The notes beneath the pieces are model-generated. The model saw only the letters and a program-made list of their open reading frames with translations, made no database searches and was not told the origin of the DNA. Positions 1 to 13,231 of a stretch of DNA of 64,000 nucleotides are shown here, in pieces. Source of the stretch: Camelus ferus (lineage: Eukaryota); contig NC_045696.1 of assembly GCF_009834535.1 (NCBI RefSeq), positions 11,472,001-11,536,000 of the forward strand, read 5' to 3'. The position numbers were made by a program, and so were the translations under genes. Each line of letters opens with the position of its first letter. Position 1 is the stretch's first letter.

Positions 1-533
1 TGTCCTGCGCTACCATTGGCCTCCTTCCCCTCCCACCCATCACCAGCGCTAACTACAGGTGTGGGAGACTGACCAGGCCCAGGCAGCGCAATGGGAGGGG
101 GCGGCTTAGGGTCTGCTCTGAAAAAAATGTCAGCTCCCAGAACAAGGAGGCCAGCCCGGCACACGGCAACATCTGTGACTGGCTGGCATGAACATTTATT
201 ACAAAAAGTTTACTTTTAAAGACATTTTCCTCTTGCCTCTTGGAAGTCAACCTGGAGGCCCAAATGAATGAACAGAAGGCTTTACAGAAAAGTGATGTAA
301 AGCATGGGACCTTTATTTTCTTTCTTTCCCAGAAGTAAAACATTGACAACACCTAAAATAATTAAATCTGGGGCTACACATGTTGGGAAGCTATAAAATA
401 GACCTTATAAAGAAAATATTCCTTTCCTGGTCACATAGCCTTACTCCATTTATCTGTGTGCTGGTAAAACCAGAAAGATAATTATCAAAAGCACTTTTTT
501 GCCTTATATATTTTTTTCAAAATAAAGACTGTA

Positions 534-577
534 GAAATTAACATAACTGTACACCAGCTATATTTCAGTTAAAATAA
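534..577 (+). mobile_element. Ultra-short L1 3'-terminal stub
   Basis: Resembles the L1 terminus at 19300-19346; flanked by the direct repeat aaagactgta (524-533, 578-587). Confidence 0.65.
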
Positions 578-1741
578 AAAGACTGTAAATAACACGTGTC
601 TTCCCCAATAGTTTACAGTTCTGGTTTCATTATTTAAAAACCACACATGGATTTGGCTCTAGTATAAAATGAATAATGGGCTTTAACCAAACAGTAGGCA
701 CTGAGCTGCTGTTTTCGTTAATATACAAGATTTTAACCATTTTTACGATCTACCTAATTAATCACGTGTAGCCTTTATGCTTTTGACCAAGTCCAAATGC
801 AAAAATTATCAATCTGGCAAAGCCAATACAGATTACTAGAATTTAAGTTTTAATCTACAAAAGCCTGCCTATAACCCAGGGAGAAGGTACAAAATGAGAT
901 GCCAGGGCATGAGCCTTCGTGGATGAAGACGCGGCCAGCAGGGAGGGAGGAGGCTGTATTTAATACCGGTTTCCCTTCCTTCAACAGCTGCCCCGTTGAG
1001 TGGATTGATTATGCTCATTTTGACAGTGATTACATTAGGTTAATGACTCATTTGGAAGCTACTAATGCCTCCTCTTTTAACGGAGAGCATACCTGTGCGC
1101 TTCAGTGCGGTGTGAGCCTTGGGAACGAGGCATGGGTCCTCGGCTCTGCTTTCTGTTAGGGTAATAATCCTGGTGTCTGTTTCAGATACTAGACCAGACC
1201 GAGCCAGCACTGGAAACCAGCAGTCTATTTCCAGGTTCCCTTGGTAACCTGAGTAGCCTAGACTTCGTTTAAATTACCTCCCATGGGTGAAACGCTAGAA
1301 TTCTAGAAGGCAGCTGAGTGAAAGCACCCCACCTATGGCCAGGCGAGCATCAGTGTGGCCCAGTAGCCTAGATGCACATCCCACACCCCACCCCCAGACC
1401 CCCTGAAGTTCTCCTAGAAGGTCCTCCCCGAGGCAGAGCCCGGCCTGCCCGTCTCAGCTGGAGACCTCAGTGCTGCCTCCTTCATAAGGCTTGTGGATGC
1501 TTCCAGACCTTCCTGGGCCTTTTGAACATGCGATCATAGAGGACACCTCTTTCCCTAGCCTGTCAGTCCCCCATCTGTCCCCCCTCATCAGTGGTTCTTC
1601 TGTCTTCATCTGAGCTTCAGATCTAGAATGTGCAGGCCATTCTCGGTCTGAAGGAAGAAGGACTCAAGGTAGCTCCCAATCCTGGAGGGTATCTGACCCA
1701 CGTGGTCTTCATGTTTGCTCTAAAGTCACCAAGGTGAAGAG

Positions 1742-1765
1742 TTAGGGTTAGGGTTAGGGTTAGGG
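1742..1765 (+). repeat. (TTAGGG)4 telomere-like tract
   Basis: Four perfect vertebrate telomere hexamers. Confidence 0.95.
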
Positions 1766-2606
1766 GTCCTCATTCCCTCCCTCCGGTGAGTTAACAGTAG
1801 GTCAAATGAGAAGGAAAAAAGTACAAGGAAATGTCTTCCTTCCTGTACTTGTTCTCAAATCTGGAGTCGACACCCCCGCATGGGGACGCGTGGGCCATCA
1901 GGTGTCCCTCAGGGTTTCCGCGCTGTGCATTCCGGCCTGTAAGCCTTCCTGAAAGAGCCCTCCCCATGGAAACGGCCAAGGTGCAGCCTTCCTGGGAAGT
2001 CCACAGGGAAGCACGGCCTCGAGGGCTCCTGCTCCTGCCCTTCTTCCTGCCCCGACACTGTAAGGCGGGGGATCCAGGACTGCAACACACATCGGAGCAA
2101 AGAAGTGGCAGAACAGGAGCCCAGGGGTGATCTGAAAGGGGAGGGGGCAATTCCACAGGATTCTACCTGATGCTGGCAGGAGAGCTCTTGAGTGGACCAC
2201 ACACGCAGACACACACACACACACTCAAGCCATGGCTAGTCTAAACGGTCCCTTTGTGTGAATTAGAAAGAGGCACCACTCTGGAGAGATGTAAGTCCTT
2301 ACATCCTCAGGGACAGGGTTGACCATGGGAGTGTGGCCTGGATTTCAGCCTGCACCCACCCGCCTCCGGGCACCCCCTGCAGGGTGCGCTCTGCACAGCC
2401 GCCTGCGGTGGCCCTGTCCACACCTCCTCCTATGCGCTGAGGTGGGCTCGTCTGCGGGCCTGGGGGTGCAGAGGGGGAAAGGGCAGCCAAGAGAAGATGC
2501 AGCTCTTCCCTGAATCACATACAGCTTCCTGTCCAGAAGTATTCAGGGCTTGTAAGACAGGGCCCATCTTGCCCAGGAAGGGGTCCCTCTGGGTGCACTG
2601 GATTAC

Positions 2607-2742
2607 CTGTTGGGATAGGTGACGTTACATGGCACTTTGCCCATGTAATTCTCATTGAGCCAGCGGTTGGCCAGTGCTTGCTGGATGTTGGGCCTCTTCA
2701 CAGGATCTGGTTCCAGGAGAGAACGCAGGAAGTTCACAGCTC
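2607..2742 (-). CDS. HUNK: HUNK coding exon (exon 6, 136 nt): (G)AVNFLRSLLEPDPVKRPNIQQALANRWLNENYMGKVPCNVTYPN(R)
   Basis: Translated by hand: subdomain XI (LLEPDPVKR); ttcccag|GA acceptor, AACAG|gtaatc donor; in frame with exon 5. Confidence 0.96.
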
Positions 2743-3707
2743 CTGGGAAGACATTCGGCAAAGAACGGGCACATGTCACAAGCTGAACAAAGACTCAAGG
2801 CAGGCGGCCCGCCACGCCGCCAAGCCACGGCTGATCTATTTTCTGGCTCTCTGGGTACCACAAGTCCTGAGTTTAAGATATCTATCCAAGGGACGCACCT
2901 GGGACGTGGTAAAGCAAGAACCAGTGTGGGTCTTCCCACGCCCTGCACTTCCCAGAACCACCGGTGGTCTTTTCTGGAGGCTCACCTCTAAAGGTGAGCC
3001 AGAGAGGGATGAAAGGAAGTGAAAAGACAATGCTTGATCGCAAGGTAGGGTTTTGAGGACTCAGAAAGGAAACAGAGGGTAAAGACATTCTCACTTAGAC
3101 CCTCCACTATGGCCTTCACCACTGATGCCCAGAGTCTCAAGAGGACAGGGACGTCCTGCTTTCCTTCTGGGCCCTTCTTTTACAGCCATTCTCCGGGGTC
3201 ACCATTTACTCCCCAGACTCTGTGAACGGACGGTGCACTTAGCTGAGCCAGTCAGGGCAAAACAAATCCAGAGAGCCAGACTTGGTTAAAGTGTTAAGTA
3301 AACTCTGTAACAAGGACTCCAGTTTTTAAATTTTAGTTCATGGACAAAATTCATGCACTCTAAACCCACGTCAACCTGCTGGGCCCGCTCCTTTTGAACT
3401 GTCTTGGGCACAATATATGCCAATAAAGTTTGTCCTGACTCTCTAGCCCACCGAAGCTCGCTGCAGCACATCAGTCATGTGGACCGTGGGGTGTAAACAA
3501 ACGATGTGTGACATGATTGACAAATCGTGAAATCCTCACCTCCCCTTCCCCTTTCATCCCAGGCAAAAATGGTTTTTTCAGATGCCCTGTTTTCCTTTCA
3601 TTAAATAAACATGTACAGAGCATCTGTTGTCCACCCAGGCATTAGTGTTAGGAAACTGATCTGTCCCTAAATGGAACATTTGTATCCTTTAAGATTATAA
3701 GAATAGT

Positions 3708-3798
3708 GAGGAGGGTATGGGTCAGTGGTAGAGCACGTGCTTAGCATGCAGGAGGTCCTGGGTTCAATCCCCAGTACCGCTATTAAAAAAAAAAAAAA
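3708..3798 (+). mobile_element. tRNA-Ala-derived SINE (Vic-1-like), short tail
   Basis: GAGGGTATGGGTCAGTGGTAGAGCACGTGCTTAGCATGCAGGAGGTCCTGGGTTCAATCCCCAGTACC followed by poly(A). Confidence 0.9.
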
Positions 3799-6700
3799 GG
3801 TTTAGAACAATGGAGACAACTACACAACATGGAAAAATATGTTTATAATGCACATGAAGGTCACAGCCTCCAAAATTGTTCAGCACAAGAATATGCAGGT
3901 TCACATACGGAAAAAGAATCCCAGGGATTATTTCAAAATGAAGATAGGTCTGTTTTGCTTGAGCTGTGGGATCGTGATAGTTTCTTATTTATACTCGTTG
4001 TATGGAGCATTGTGATCACGTCTTTGCAAGAGAAAAAATACATGAACTCCAATTTCCAATATACCAAATGATAGGTTCTGGAAAATAATCTTCATTTGCT
4101 TGGTCCCCAAACTTTACTGTTCTTCTCTCCAAAGCTGTTTTTCAGTTTTCTAAGATAATCTAACCTTTCGAGGAAAAGTCATAAAAATTCTCACTTTCTC
4201 ACAAGCTTTAGTTGTCATTTTAAAACTGTCCTTTACAGACTGATGCGTGTGACTGTCAACCATTTGTTGCAGGGTAAAAATGAAGGCATCAGAAGAGGGG
4301 CTAATAGGGATGCCAGAATCAACCCAAGAGAAATACCTTTTGCTAGGTCATGCCTCCAGGTGGGTTCCTATACCGTTGATGAGGTCACCAGAGGGTCATT
4401 TCCCTTTGAAAACGTAGTGGGTAAAAGTATATGTGTAGACGTCAGAGCAATCATGCGTTACATTTAATATTCTAAGTTTTATAGCTGGGTCTTCAAATAA
4501 AACTTTTCTAAAATGTTCTTCAATAGTCTGAAAAGCAAATGGGGCTCCAGAAGAGGGGTTCCTCTTGTTGGACCCTCTTCTCCCTTCTCCCGACTCCCCT
4601 CATTGTAAGAGTCATTAGGATGCTTAATCAGGGGCATCTATTGGTCAAAGAAAAGACACCGGCTTCATGAATTGAAATGGGGAGGCTATTCAGTTAGCGA
4701 TGTTTCTGAGACATCTCTGTTGCTTACCCTCAAAGGACCTGAACAGCAACCCAGGCTTTTTCAGAGTATGATTAACCAGAAGAGCTAAGAACAGACTGGA
4801 TGTGCGTGTTAGTTCTATTTTCAGAACCAAGCACTCTGCATCTTCACAAATTGCTGATGAGCACAAGTAATTTTAGTTCAGATCTCCACTGGTGAGTTTT
4901 CTTTCTTTGGACATCACAGATATTGAATTACTACCCGAAAAGGACTTTAAAGACATCCTGAGAGCCTTTGAAGTTTATGTTAGGGTCTTGAGTATCTCTA
5001 TGACTCAGGAGCAAAAGGGATTAAGGTAGTCTCCATTGTCCTGGAAAGCAGTGGCGGGCATGGCTTCTGATCCAGTGCTTGGGGGTCTCCATTCAGACCT
5101 AAGCATAGGGACGACCCACATGGGGCGTGCTCCCGCTCTGTGCTCCACGTCACAGAAGGTGCACATTCTTTGGGTGCAAAACCTGCTTTCCTCCATGAGC
5201 ATCAGCCTTCCAAAGCCTGGACTGGCTTGTGTGAGCACCCTGACCCTGTGTCTAGGGAAAGAGCCACAGGAAACAGACAAAGCCATCGGACTTTCATGCA
5301 GCCCATGGGATGCAAGCAGGGTCCCATCCCCACCTGAGGCTCTTCCCTCATCACCTCCCAGGAGAAAGCAGCATCAACAAGTATTGGACCGTCTAGCCTT
5401 CTTGGAAATCTTAATTGGTGTTGGCTCATCCCTTGCAAATGCTAACATCCCACCTTCAGCATCAATTCAGTGACTTCACGGTACAAAACCCTCTTGATTT
5501 AAAGTGAGTGCCTGGCATGCATTCTAAGAGCCATCCTTGAGGCGTCGTGATGGAAAAGCAAATGTGGAACCGATGAAAGGCAGTCACGACTCTGTGATGT
5601 AAAAGCACCAACAAAGCAGACAGAGAAACTGTCTAGAAGCCAGAATGGGAAAGCTCCCAACAGCTTATGCTTTCAACCCACATGGTAGAGAAGAGGGGCA
5701 ATTCTTCGAAAGCGCGCAGAATGGGCTCCCAAGGGCAAGAACGCTGTGCTTTTTTTCAGCTCAAATTTGGCAGAAATTCTTCCAACTTAATCTAAAAAAG
5801 AGTACTATTATAATAGACGTGGCGAGAGCACTACAAGTATGAGTGACAGAATCATCAAATTAATAAAGATGTGTTAGTGAGACCCTTAAATGGCACATTC
5901 TCCAGTTGGACATTTCAATTTTGATATTACTCAAAACAGAGGCACAACAGATGATGCCGCTGAATCTGGGGTGGGGAGGGGAGTGGGGGCATCTTATGCT
6001 AAATAAAATAAGGAAAGACAGACAAGCAGCCCAGGATAGTAGTGAAATCCAGGTGTGGGAGTCAAGCAGGTGTAAATTCAGAAACAGAGAAGCTATATAC
6101 CATCTCAGCTGAGACTCAGTTTCCCCCTTGGATAATAGAACTTATCATGCAGAGCTGTCCTGACAACAGGAGATACTATGAAAAGCCCTCACCCATGGCC
6201 ATTCAGTAAATGGCAGCTACTCTTGTTACTGGCAAGCTAGTATTATGGGATGTAAACAAGATGGTATCATAAATGAAGGTGAAAAGAAGTGTTGTACACT
6301 TGGGGTGCAAAGGACAAAGGGTTGGAGAAGCTGGGGGCTGGCATGAGGGGAGTGGCTGATGCCCCAAACTAAAGTCATTCACTCTCTAAACAAGATAAGA
6401 TGACCTGGGCATCCTCTGCAGCTCTGGGTCCTGCCGCATCGGGCCAGTTCCCATCCTCGAGTAATCCAGTGAATCCAGTGGGCTGCCTTCCCAGCCCACA
6501 CACTTTAACATAAGTGTCAGCAACCTCGATTCCCTGAGCAACTACTAGGTGCAAATGTTTGCCTCATACCTGGCACAACGGGTTAAAGCCCGAGGTGAGT
6601 GGACATTTACATAATCCCAATAGTAAAAGAATCAAAGGGGGAGGGACAGGTCCAAATTCCCTAATTGTAAAATCAGACCTAGAAATGCAGTTCATGCTTG

Positions 6701-7199
6701 TTCATGTTTGACAGGTCAAGACCACAAAGTCTAGCAGGAGTGTGAAGGTGAACAAGCACACACGCAGAGCTCAAGGCCAAAGTCAAAACTGATGCTCAGG
6801 GCAGGAGCTAGGTGAGGCTGGACACTAACTCCAGTGATGCTAAAATTGCTTGGAACATTTCTAGTTCTTTCTGAGGAACTTCTTTGGACTACTTTTTTTA
6901 ATAACATTTTCAGGGGTGCAACTTTTACTTCTTTAAGGGTAAATTTAATTGTCACAATAAGAAAACACTTAGAGCCTAGCCTGCCAAGTCTGGATAATAG
7001 TATTGGGGTAAAAACAAGGTTGGTGATTCAGAAGCAATGACACTGATTTTCTTGTGCTGTTAATTTACCTGTCCTTGTCCAGCTACCCGACTCACCCCAG
7101 TGCTGATCGCCAGGTCCCACCTGCTCCTCCTCCTACAGCCTGCAGCTCACACTGATGCTGTTTGATCAACAGATATTCCTGGCTTTCCACCATCCAGAG

Positions 7200-7533
7200 T
7201 TCACTTCCCCAGCTCATTTAGCTGAGTGAAGCCATGTGACATGTTTTACAAAGTCAGGAGTTATGACTGGAACATGGGTGGGAGAGTTCATTACTGACAA
7301 GAGAACTTTTAGGCTTCTCTTTCCCCCTGCGGGGACCAGATTCGTTTGAAATGGTGGCTACCCCAACCATCTGGTATCCTGACTGACTAGGATGAGCAGA
7401 ACCCTCCAACCCTTGATCCAACTCTCAACAGATATCTAGCATGAATAAGAAATGAATCTTTGTTGTCTTATGCACCTGAGATCTGGGAGCCGTTTGTTAC
7501 TGCAGCATAACCTGGGTTATCCTGACTACTACA
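7200..7533 (+). mobile_element. Old MaLR LTR (MLT1J/K-like)
   Basis: 3' end tttgttactgcagcataacctgggttatcctgactactaca; start approximate. Confidence 0.65.
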
Positions 7534-7789
7534 GTGAGAAGCAGTTCCAGTTCTTCAGTGTCTCGTTGGGATTCAAAGTGAGCACTGTCTGCTTTTTCCA
7601 GGCATGAGGGTACCAACATCCTCCTACTGTTCTTTGTATTGGACCACTTAGAACAAAACAGCCTCTAAACCATAAAAGGAACTTCAGAATCACTCTGAAA
7701 GGTGGCAGGATTTATGACTATATGACTCTTAAAAGAGACTACCTTGAAAGATTGCATTTATTTGTAAACATTAAATCTTATTTGTTACC

Positions 7790-8239
7790 ACAATAAGGTA
7801 TCATTAGACCCCTATCAGAATGGCTAAAATAAAAAATAGTGAGAGTATCAAATGCTGGCAAGGATGCAGAGAAACTGGATCACTCATGCATCGCTTGAGA
7901 GAACACAAAGTGTTACAGCCACTAGGAACAAGAGTGAAGAAATTCTTTACAAAACTAAATACGTGCTTACTGTATACAACCCAGTGATTTCACTCTTAGG
8001 CATTCATCTCAGAGAAACAAAACCATGTTCAACAAAAACCTATGTATGAATGTTGATAGCAGCTTTATCTATCATTGCCAGAAACTGGAAACAACCCAGT
8101 GTCCTTCAACGGGCGAATATTTAAACTATGGTATATCTCTACCATGAAATACTGCTCAGCAAGAAAAAGGAACAAAGGATTGATACATGCAACAACTTGG
8201 ATGGGTCTCAATGGAATTACACTGAATGAAAAAAAAAGC

Positions 8240-8288
<49 letters not shown>

Positions 8289-8700
8289 CACACACACATA
8301 TATATATACAGCATTTTTGAAAGGACAAAAATTACAGAGTCAGAGAACAGGTGAGTGGTGGCCAGGAGTTAGGGAAGGTGGGAAACAGAGAGGTGGCTGT
8401 GGCTTTAGAGGGTAGGATGAGGAATCCTGGTCATGGTACTGTTCTGTATCGTGACTGCGGTAACTGTCACGTGGACCTACACATGTGATGAGATTGTACA
8501 GAACTAAGTACACAGCGACACGTACATCTGAATAAGGTCAATGGATTTCAGCAATGTCTTGGTGGTGATACTGAACTACAGTTATTTAAGATGCTACCAC
8601 TGGGGAAAACTGGATGAAGGACAGATGGTCTCTCTGTATGAATCTACAATCACACCACACTAAAAAGGTTTTTGAAAACCTTAACCGCTTTAAAAAAAAA
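7790..8700 (+). mobile_element. Old L1 (L1MC/L1ME-like) ORF2 end and 3'UTR
   Basis: Decayed ORF2 C-terminal motifs (aaatgctggcaaggatgcagagaaactgg; gcaacaacttggatgggtctc) followed by 3'UTR and A-tail; boundaries approximate. Confidence 0.8.
8241..8288 (+). repeat. (TATC)12 microsatellite
   Basis: Read directly. Confidence 0.95.
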
Positions 8701-10090
8701 AAAAAACTATCTTTATTCTCTATCCTCTTATCCTGATTTCTCTTATTTTCTTTAGAGCACTTAAACCACCAAACATCACATGTGTTTATCTGGTTGGTTT
8801 TTTGCCTCCCCTGCTGATAGGTAAGCTGTATATGGGTAAAGACTGTCTTACTTCTCTTCCTGGTGACAGGAGCGTTCCTAGCACATAGTTGATGCTCAGT
8901 ACATATTCGTGGAGTAAGTGGATGCACGTGAACTATGGAATGAGTGAATGGCAGTCACAGAACAAGTGAATGCATATGAAACGTGGAATGAAGGCACGAA
9001 TGTGCTTTCACTGCAGCACTTTCAACATTTCTGAAAGCTCTAAAACCTAAGTATAACAACTCAGTCAACATTTCGCACATTTTCTAACTCCAGGAGTTAC
9101 GGCTCTCAGTACAGAACTATTTCTTTTATATGGACGGAACTGTAACTCATCTTCCCAAGAACATAGTGCCCTGCTTCGCTATCAGCCTGCAGAGATTCTG
9201 CCCTCCCCAGCAGAGGTGAAAGTATGAACCGAACTAGGTAATTACGGACAAGAACACATTTCAGCTTGGACACCATTTGGCAACCATAAATTCTGGGTCA
9301 GCTTCACAGACGCTTTGTAAACTCAAGAAAAAAAAAAAAAACCTAACAGTAGTAAAATAAAAGTGCTCTAGCTGAACCATGTATCATAAATTGAAATTAA
9401 ATAATTACACCTTTTTTTTTTTTTTTTTTTTTTGGCCACAGTGCCTTACCTCAGTGAAGGTGAGTTTATTCTAAGGAGCCAATTAAACGACCATCAAGGC
9501 CAAGCCGAGGCCAGGAACTTGAAGTGAATTGTGAACCAAACAAAAGAACAAATTGTACTAATCTGCTGGATCTGAAACCAAACCTTATAGGAACTGTTTA
9601 CTGAAATGGGAACCAGCTAAAGTTTGAGTGTACTTTCCAAACACACCTGATGACTCAGTCTAATCGAGTAACTGAACCCATGTAGATTTAAACGCTTTTG
9701 AACGGGCTCAAAAACCCACATTGCAAAACAAATCCCAGACCAAACTCAAATGAAACTAATATCTCTTTAGAGTGGCTTGCCGAAGGAAGACACAATAGAA
9801 ATGTGATGACAAACACTGTTTTCAAAGTCAACACTATAAAAGGGTGAGTCTTAAAACAACTCAGCCTCTATTATTTTTCCAATGGAGACTACGGTCCTTC
9901 TGACAGGTGTGTTTTGTGCAGGAGGAAGGAGGAAGTTAGGGGATCAGAATTATGACGGAAAAAGGACTGCGGGCAGATGAGGGGAGTGGCTCCTTGCAGA
10001 TAGGAAACCAATCGTTTCTTGAGACTTCGTTTTAATACTAGGAAGAGATCGAGTACCCTGGACCCTGAATCGGAGTAGCAGGTGCATTAC

Positions 10091-10218
10091 CTGTGGAGAG
10101 CTGGGTGGGAAGGGGGTTCATTTCCTTGTCCACCATCTTCTGGTACAAAGCTCTCAGGCTAAAAGGCTCCACCGTGAAAGGCAGGGTCCCCGTCAGCATG
10201 GCGTACATGTTCACACCT
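10091..10218 (-). CDS. HUNK: HUNK coding exon (exon 5, 128 nt): GVNMYAMLTGTLPFTVEPFSLRALYQKMVDKEMNPLPTQLST(G)
   Basis: Kinase subdomains IX-X; ttttcag|AGGT acceptor, ACAG|gtaatg donor. Confidence 0.97.
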
Positions 10219-10801
10219 CTGAAAAGAGAGACACCGGAGCGTGAGACCAGAACCCCCAGGAGAGGGTGACAAAGAGGCCACGGACCTGGCCCGGCGGCAG
10301 CCCTGTCGCTTTCGCGTGCCCCTCGATACGCCTTCTCCGTCATTTCCTAGAATCCTTAGCTCTGCCTTGAAACAGCAAATGCGAAAGGCATGGGCGAACT
10401 GTGAGGACCTGGACGATGGCTGTAAGAGGGGTTTATCCAGAGCTACCCACCCCCTTCAGGAGGGGAAACTATATCCCTTCCAGAAGAGACATAGGAAACC
10501 AGGAAACCAGGCAGGCTGGCCAGACCAAATGATGTGAAAAAATACCTGGGGGACGACAGGAACCTTGAATAAAATTAGTTCTGCCACGATGTGGTTTTCC
10601 AAGTGTGGTTTACAAAGCGGAGCCTGGAGGAGGCCAGACCAAATATTCAGGGCAAGACCCTGCACGGAGGGGCAAGTCACAGCCTGGCCAGCCTGCCTGG
10701 TTTCCACGCCGCCCTTTGAAACAAGTCTTATACCCCAAGCCGGTGTTTAGCGCTTGCCTCGAATTCTGTTTGGACCTGTAACTAGAGAAATTCCTTTGTG
10801 A

Positions 10802-10853
10802 GGGGTCGGGGAGGGGGAGGGGAAGGAGAGGGGAGGGGAGGGGAGGGGAGGGG
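10802..10853 (+). repeat. (GGGGA)n-type purine tract
   Basis: Read directly. Confidence 0.85.
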
Positions 10854-12619
10854 TCTCCTTCTCGCTCTTATGCTTTTATATCACTGTGTACTGTGAGTTT
10901 CTGCTACGTAGCCCCGGCCCAATATCTCAGATGTGGTCAAAAGGCCTTCCAAATGGGCTTAACTGCTTACGTCCAAAGCCAAACTAGAGAACAGCAACAT
11001 CTCTTGGAGGATTTTTATTTTCCCGATGTGCAAACCTACTATCATTTTGATGCGATTTCCTCATGGGGATGAAATGCCTTGCCTGCCTAGAGGCCTCAAG
11101 TGCTCAAAGTGCCCGAGGGAATCTGTTTTAAAAACAGGCAACAGGATCTCCAGTCAAAGCAAATCCCATGAGACAGGTTGAAATGAAGATCCCTGGGGCC
11201 CCATTGCACTGAGGTGCCTCCGAACCACAGTGCTCTGGATAAGGACAGGTCTGGAGCCCCCCAGCTCCAGCCAGAAATCCTTCTCAAATTGCAGACATCC
11301 ACTGAGACCCAGTTCCTGCTCTGCAAGTCACAGCTGAGTTAGAGAGACAGACACCTCCACATTCATTCCACAAATGCTTTCGGGCTGGCTCTTGGCCCCA
11401 GGCAGTGGTATAGATGTTGGCCTTGCGGAGGGAGGACCAGAAAAGGATTCGTCATCTTGGACTTAGAGTGGGGTGAAGGGACAGTCACAAGTAAACAAAT
11501 AAATAAGCACAAGCCTTTCAAGCAGTGAGTGCAGAGAGGGTAAGAAAACGCTCTGGCTGCTCTTGACCCCAGAGGAGTTCAATTAAGGGAGGGAGAGGAC
11601 CGTAGTAAGTACGTGAAGACGGGTGGCCTCTCGGGGGTAAGTATATGTGTGTGAGCGTATCTGTCTTTGGCTGCATATGAGGATAAACTGTATAGTCCAA
11701 GCACAGAAGGTAAGAATGGACGGAACACAGCCAGAGCTGCTTAGAGCAGCATTTCCCTGTATGTGCCTCATGGAAACCATTCCCTAGGGCAAGAACAGAT
11801 GGTGGGGGGGGATAAAAGTTCTACAGCCAGATAATGTGGGAAGCAGTCATCTGGCATTAAGGGGAGGAAAGGGGCTCAGGACAGGGAGCAGGAGACTGTG
11901 GCAATAATTAGCACATTGAGAATAAAGTCCCAGCGGGAGGGGAGGTGTACAGTGGAAAGAGAAAAGCAAATATGCAATGGAGACATTTGAAGGGGACGAG
12001 GCAGGATGCAAAGGCGGAAAGCAGGACGACGATGGTGATGAAGTCGAAGAGGCTGAGAGGGGAGCCAGTTTGGGGGGCAGAGGGAGGGGGTTCAGGGGAG
12101 GTGACATGTTTGAGAACCTACGATGCAGTGCGGCACTGTGGGTGTGTCTGAGGCAGAGCCAACCATCCCTGCTTCCGTCAGCCCTGGAGAGTGACAGAGG
12201 GAAAGCTAAGAGGGCCTCCAAACTGTATCATTTTTGCATTCGAAGGGGTCTTGGACACAAGGCTCTTATGGCTGGAAACCTCGTAGGACACCCCACAGGG
12301 TTGTTGCTGGAAGACCCTTGAAGAGCCTCGGGGTCAAGCTCCCTAAGGCTGCCATTCAGGGCAACTCGATGCACGTGAAGGGGCTTCCAAATACTAAGCC
12401 GAAGTCTGTAACTTCCACCCACTGGCTGTGTACACCACCAGTCAGCCGGTCCCTGCTCACCTCTGTGTGCCTTAATCCTGGCTCCAACATGCTTCACCCA
12501 AAGCTGAAGCACCTGGTACTTAAATAATATCATTTTTCCCACAAGTGAGTGTTTTATGATACTCAGTGATTCTCCCCCTGAGGCCCATGGACACAACCTC
12601 AGGGGGTCAGTAGTCCCAC

Positions 12620-12772
12620 TTTTTTTTTTAATAATTTTTTTTAATTGTAAGGGGTTTTTTGGGGGGTGGTAATCAGGGTTTTTTTTTTTTTTTTAATGGC
12701 AGTACTGGGGATTGAACCCAGGACTTCTGCATGCTAGGCACGCACTCTACCACTGAGCTATACCTTCCCCCC
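12620..12772 (-). mobile_element. tRNA-Ala-derived SINE (Vic-1-like), long tail
   Basis: tRNA-like head on the minus strand, A-rich tail, TSD-like cagtagtcccacttt / cagcagccccacttt. Confidence 0.9.
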
Positions 12773-13069
12773 ACAGCAGCCCCACTTTTGATTTTCTCTT
12801 GGAGACACACTAAAACACTTGACAAAGCCCAACCAGGGACATCAGACGGACACTATACTCCTCAGTCATCCTCCACTGTGCACACTTGATTTCATTTCAT
12901 TTCACCTGCTTTTTGCATTTGTGACTTACCAACACACACTTTTTGCTAAAATATATCAGCTTGATTCTCACAGGCTAATGAGAAAGGAGCAGAGGCAGAC
13001 TTAATTTGTCAATGGCGTTCCTGTATTTCTATCTGTGGGAAAGAAAGCCTCCTGATGATCTGAAGAGCA

Positions 13070-13231
13070 CAGTGGTTCCCAAAGTGTGGTCCTTTGACCA
13101 GGAGCAGGAGCAGCATCTAGGGACTTGTTAGAAATGCAAATTCTTGGGCCCCACACCTTCTGAATCAGGCTCGGGGTAGGGGGGGCTCCCTGCAGGTGCT
13201 TTGGATGCACACTCAAGGCTGAGAGCCACTG
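13070..13231. mobile_element. MER5A-like hAT MITE
   Basis: Inverted termini cagtggttccc...gagagccactg; cttgttagaaatgcaaattcttgggcccca core. Confidence 0.8.

Noticed and set aside
1043..1051. AP-1 motifs (TGACTCA) here and at several other sites
   Set aside because: A 7-mer is expected several times by chance in 64 kb
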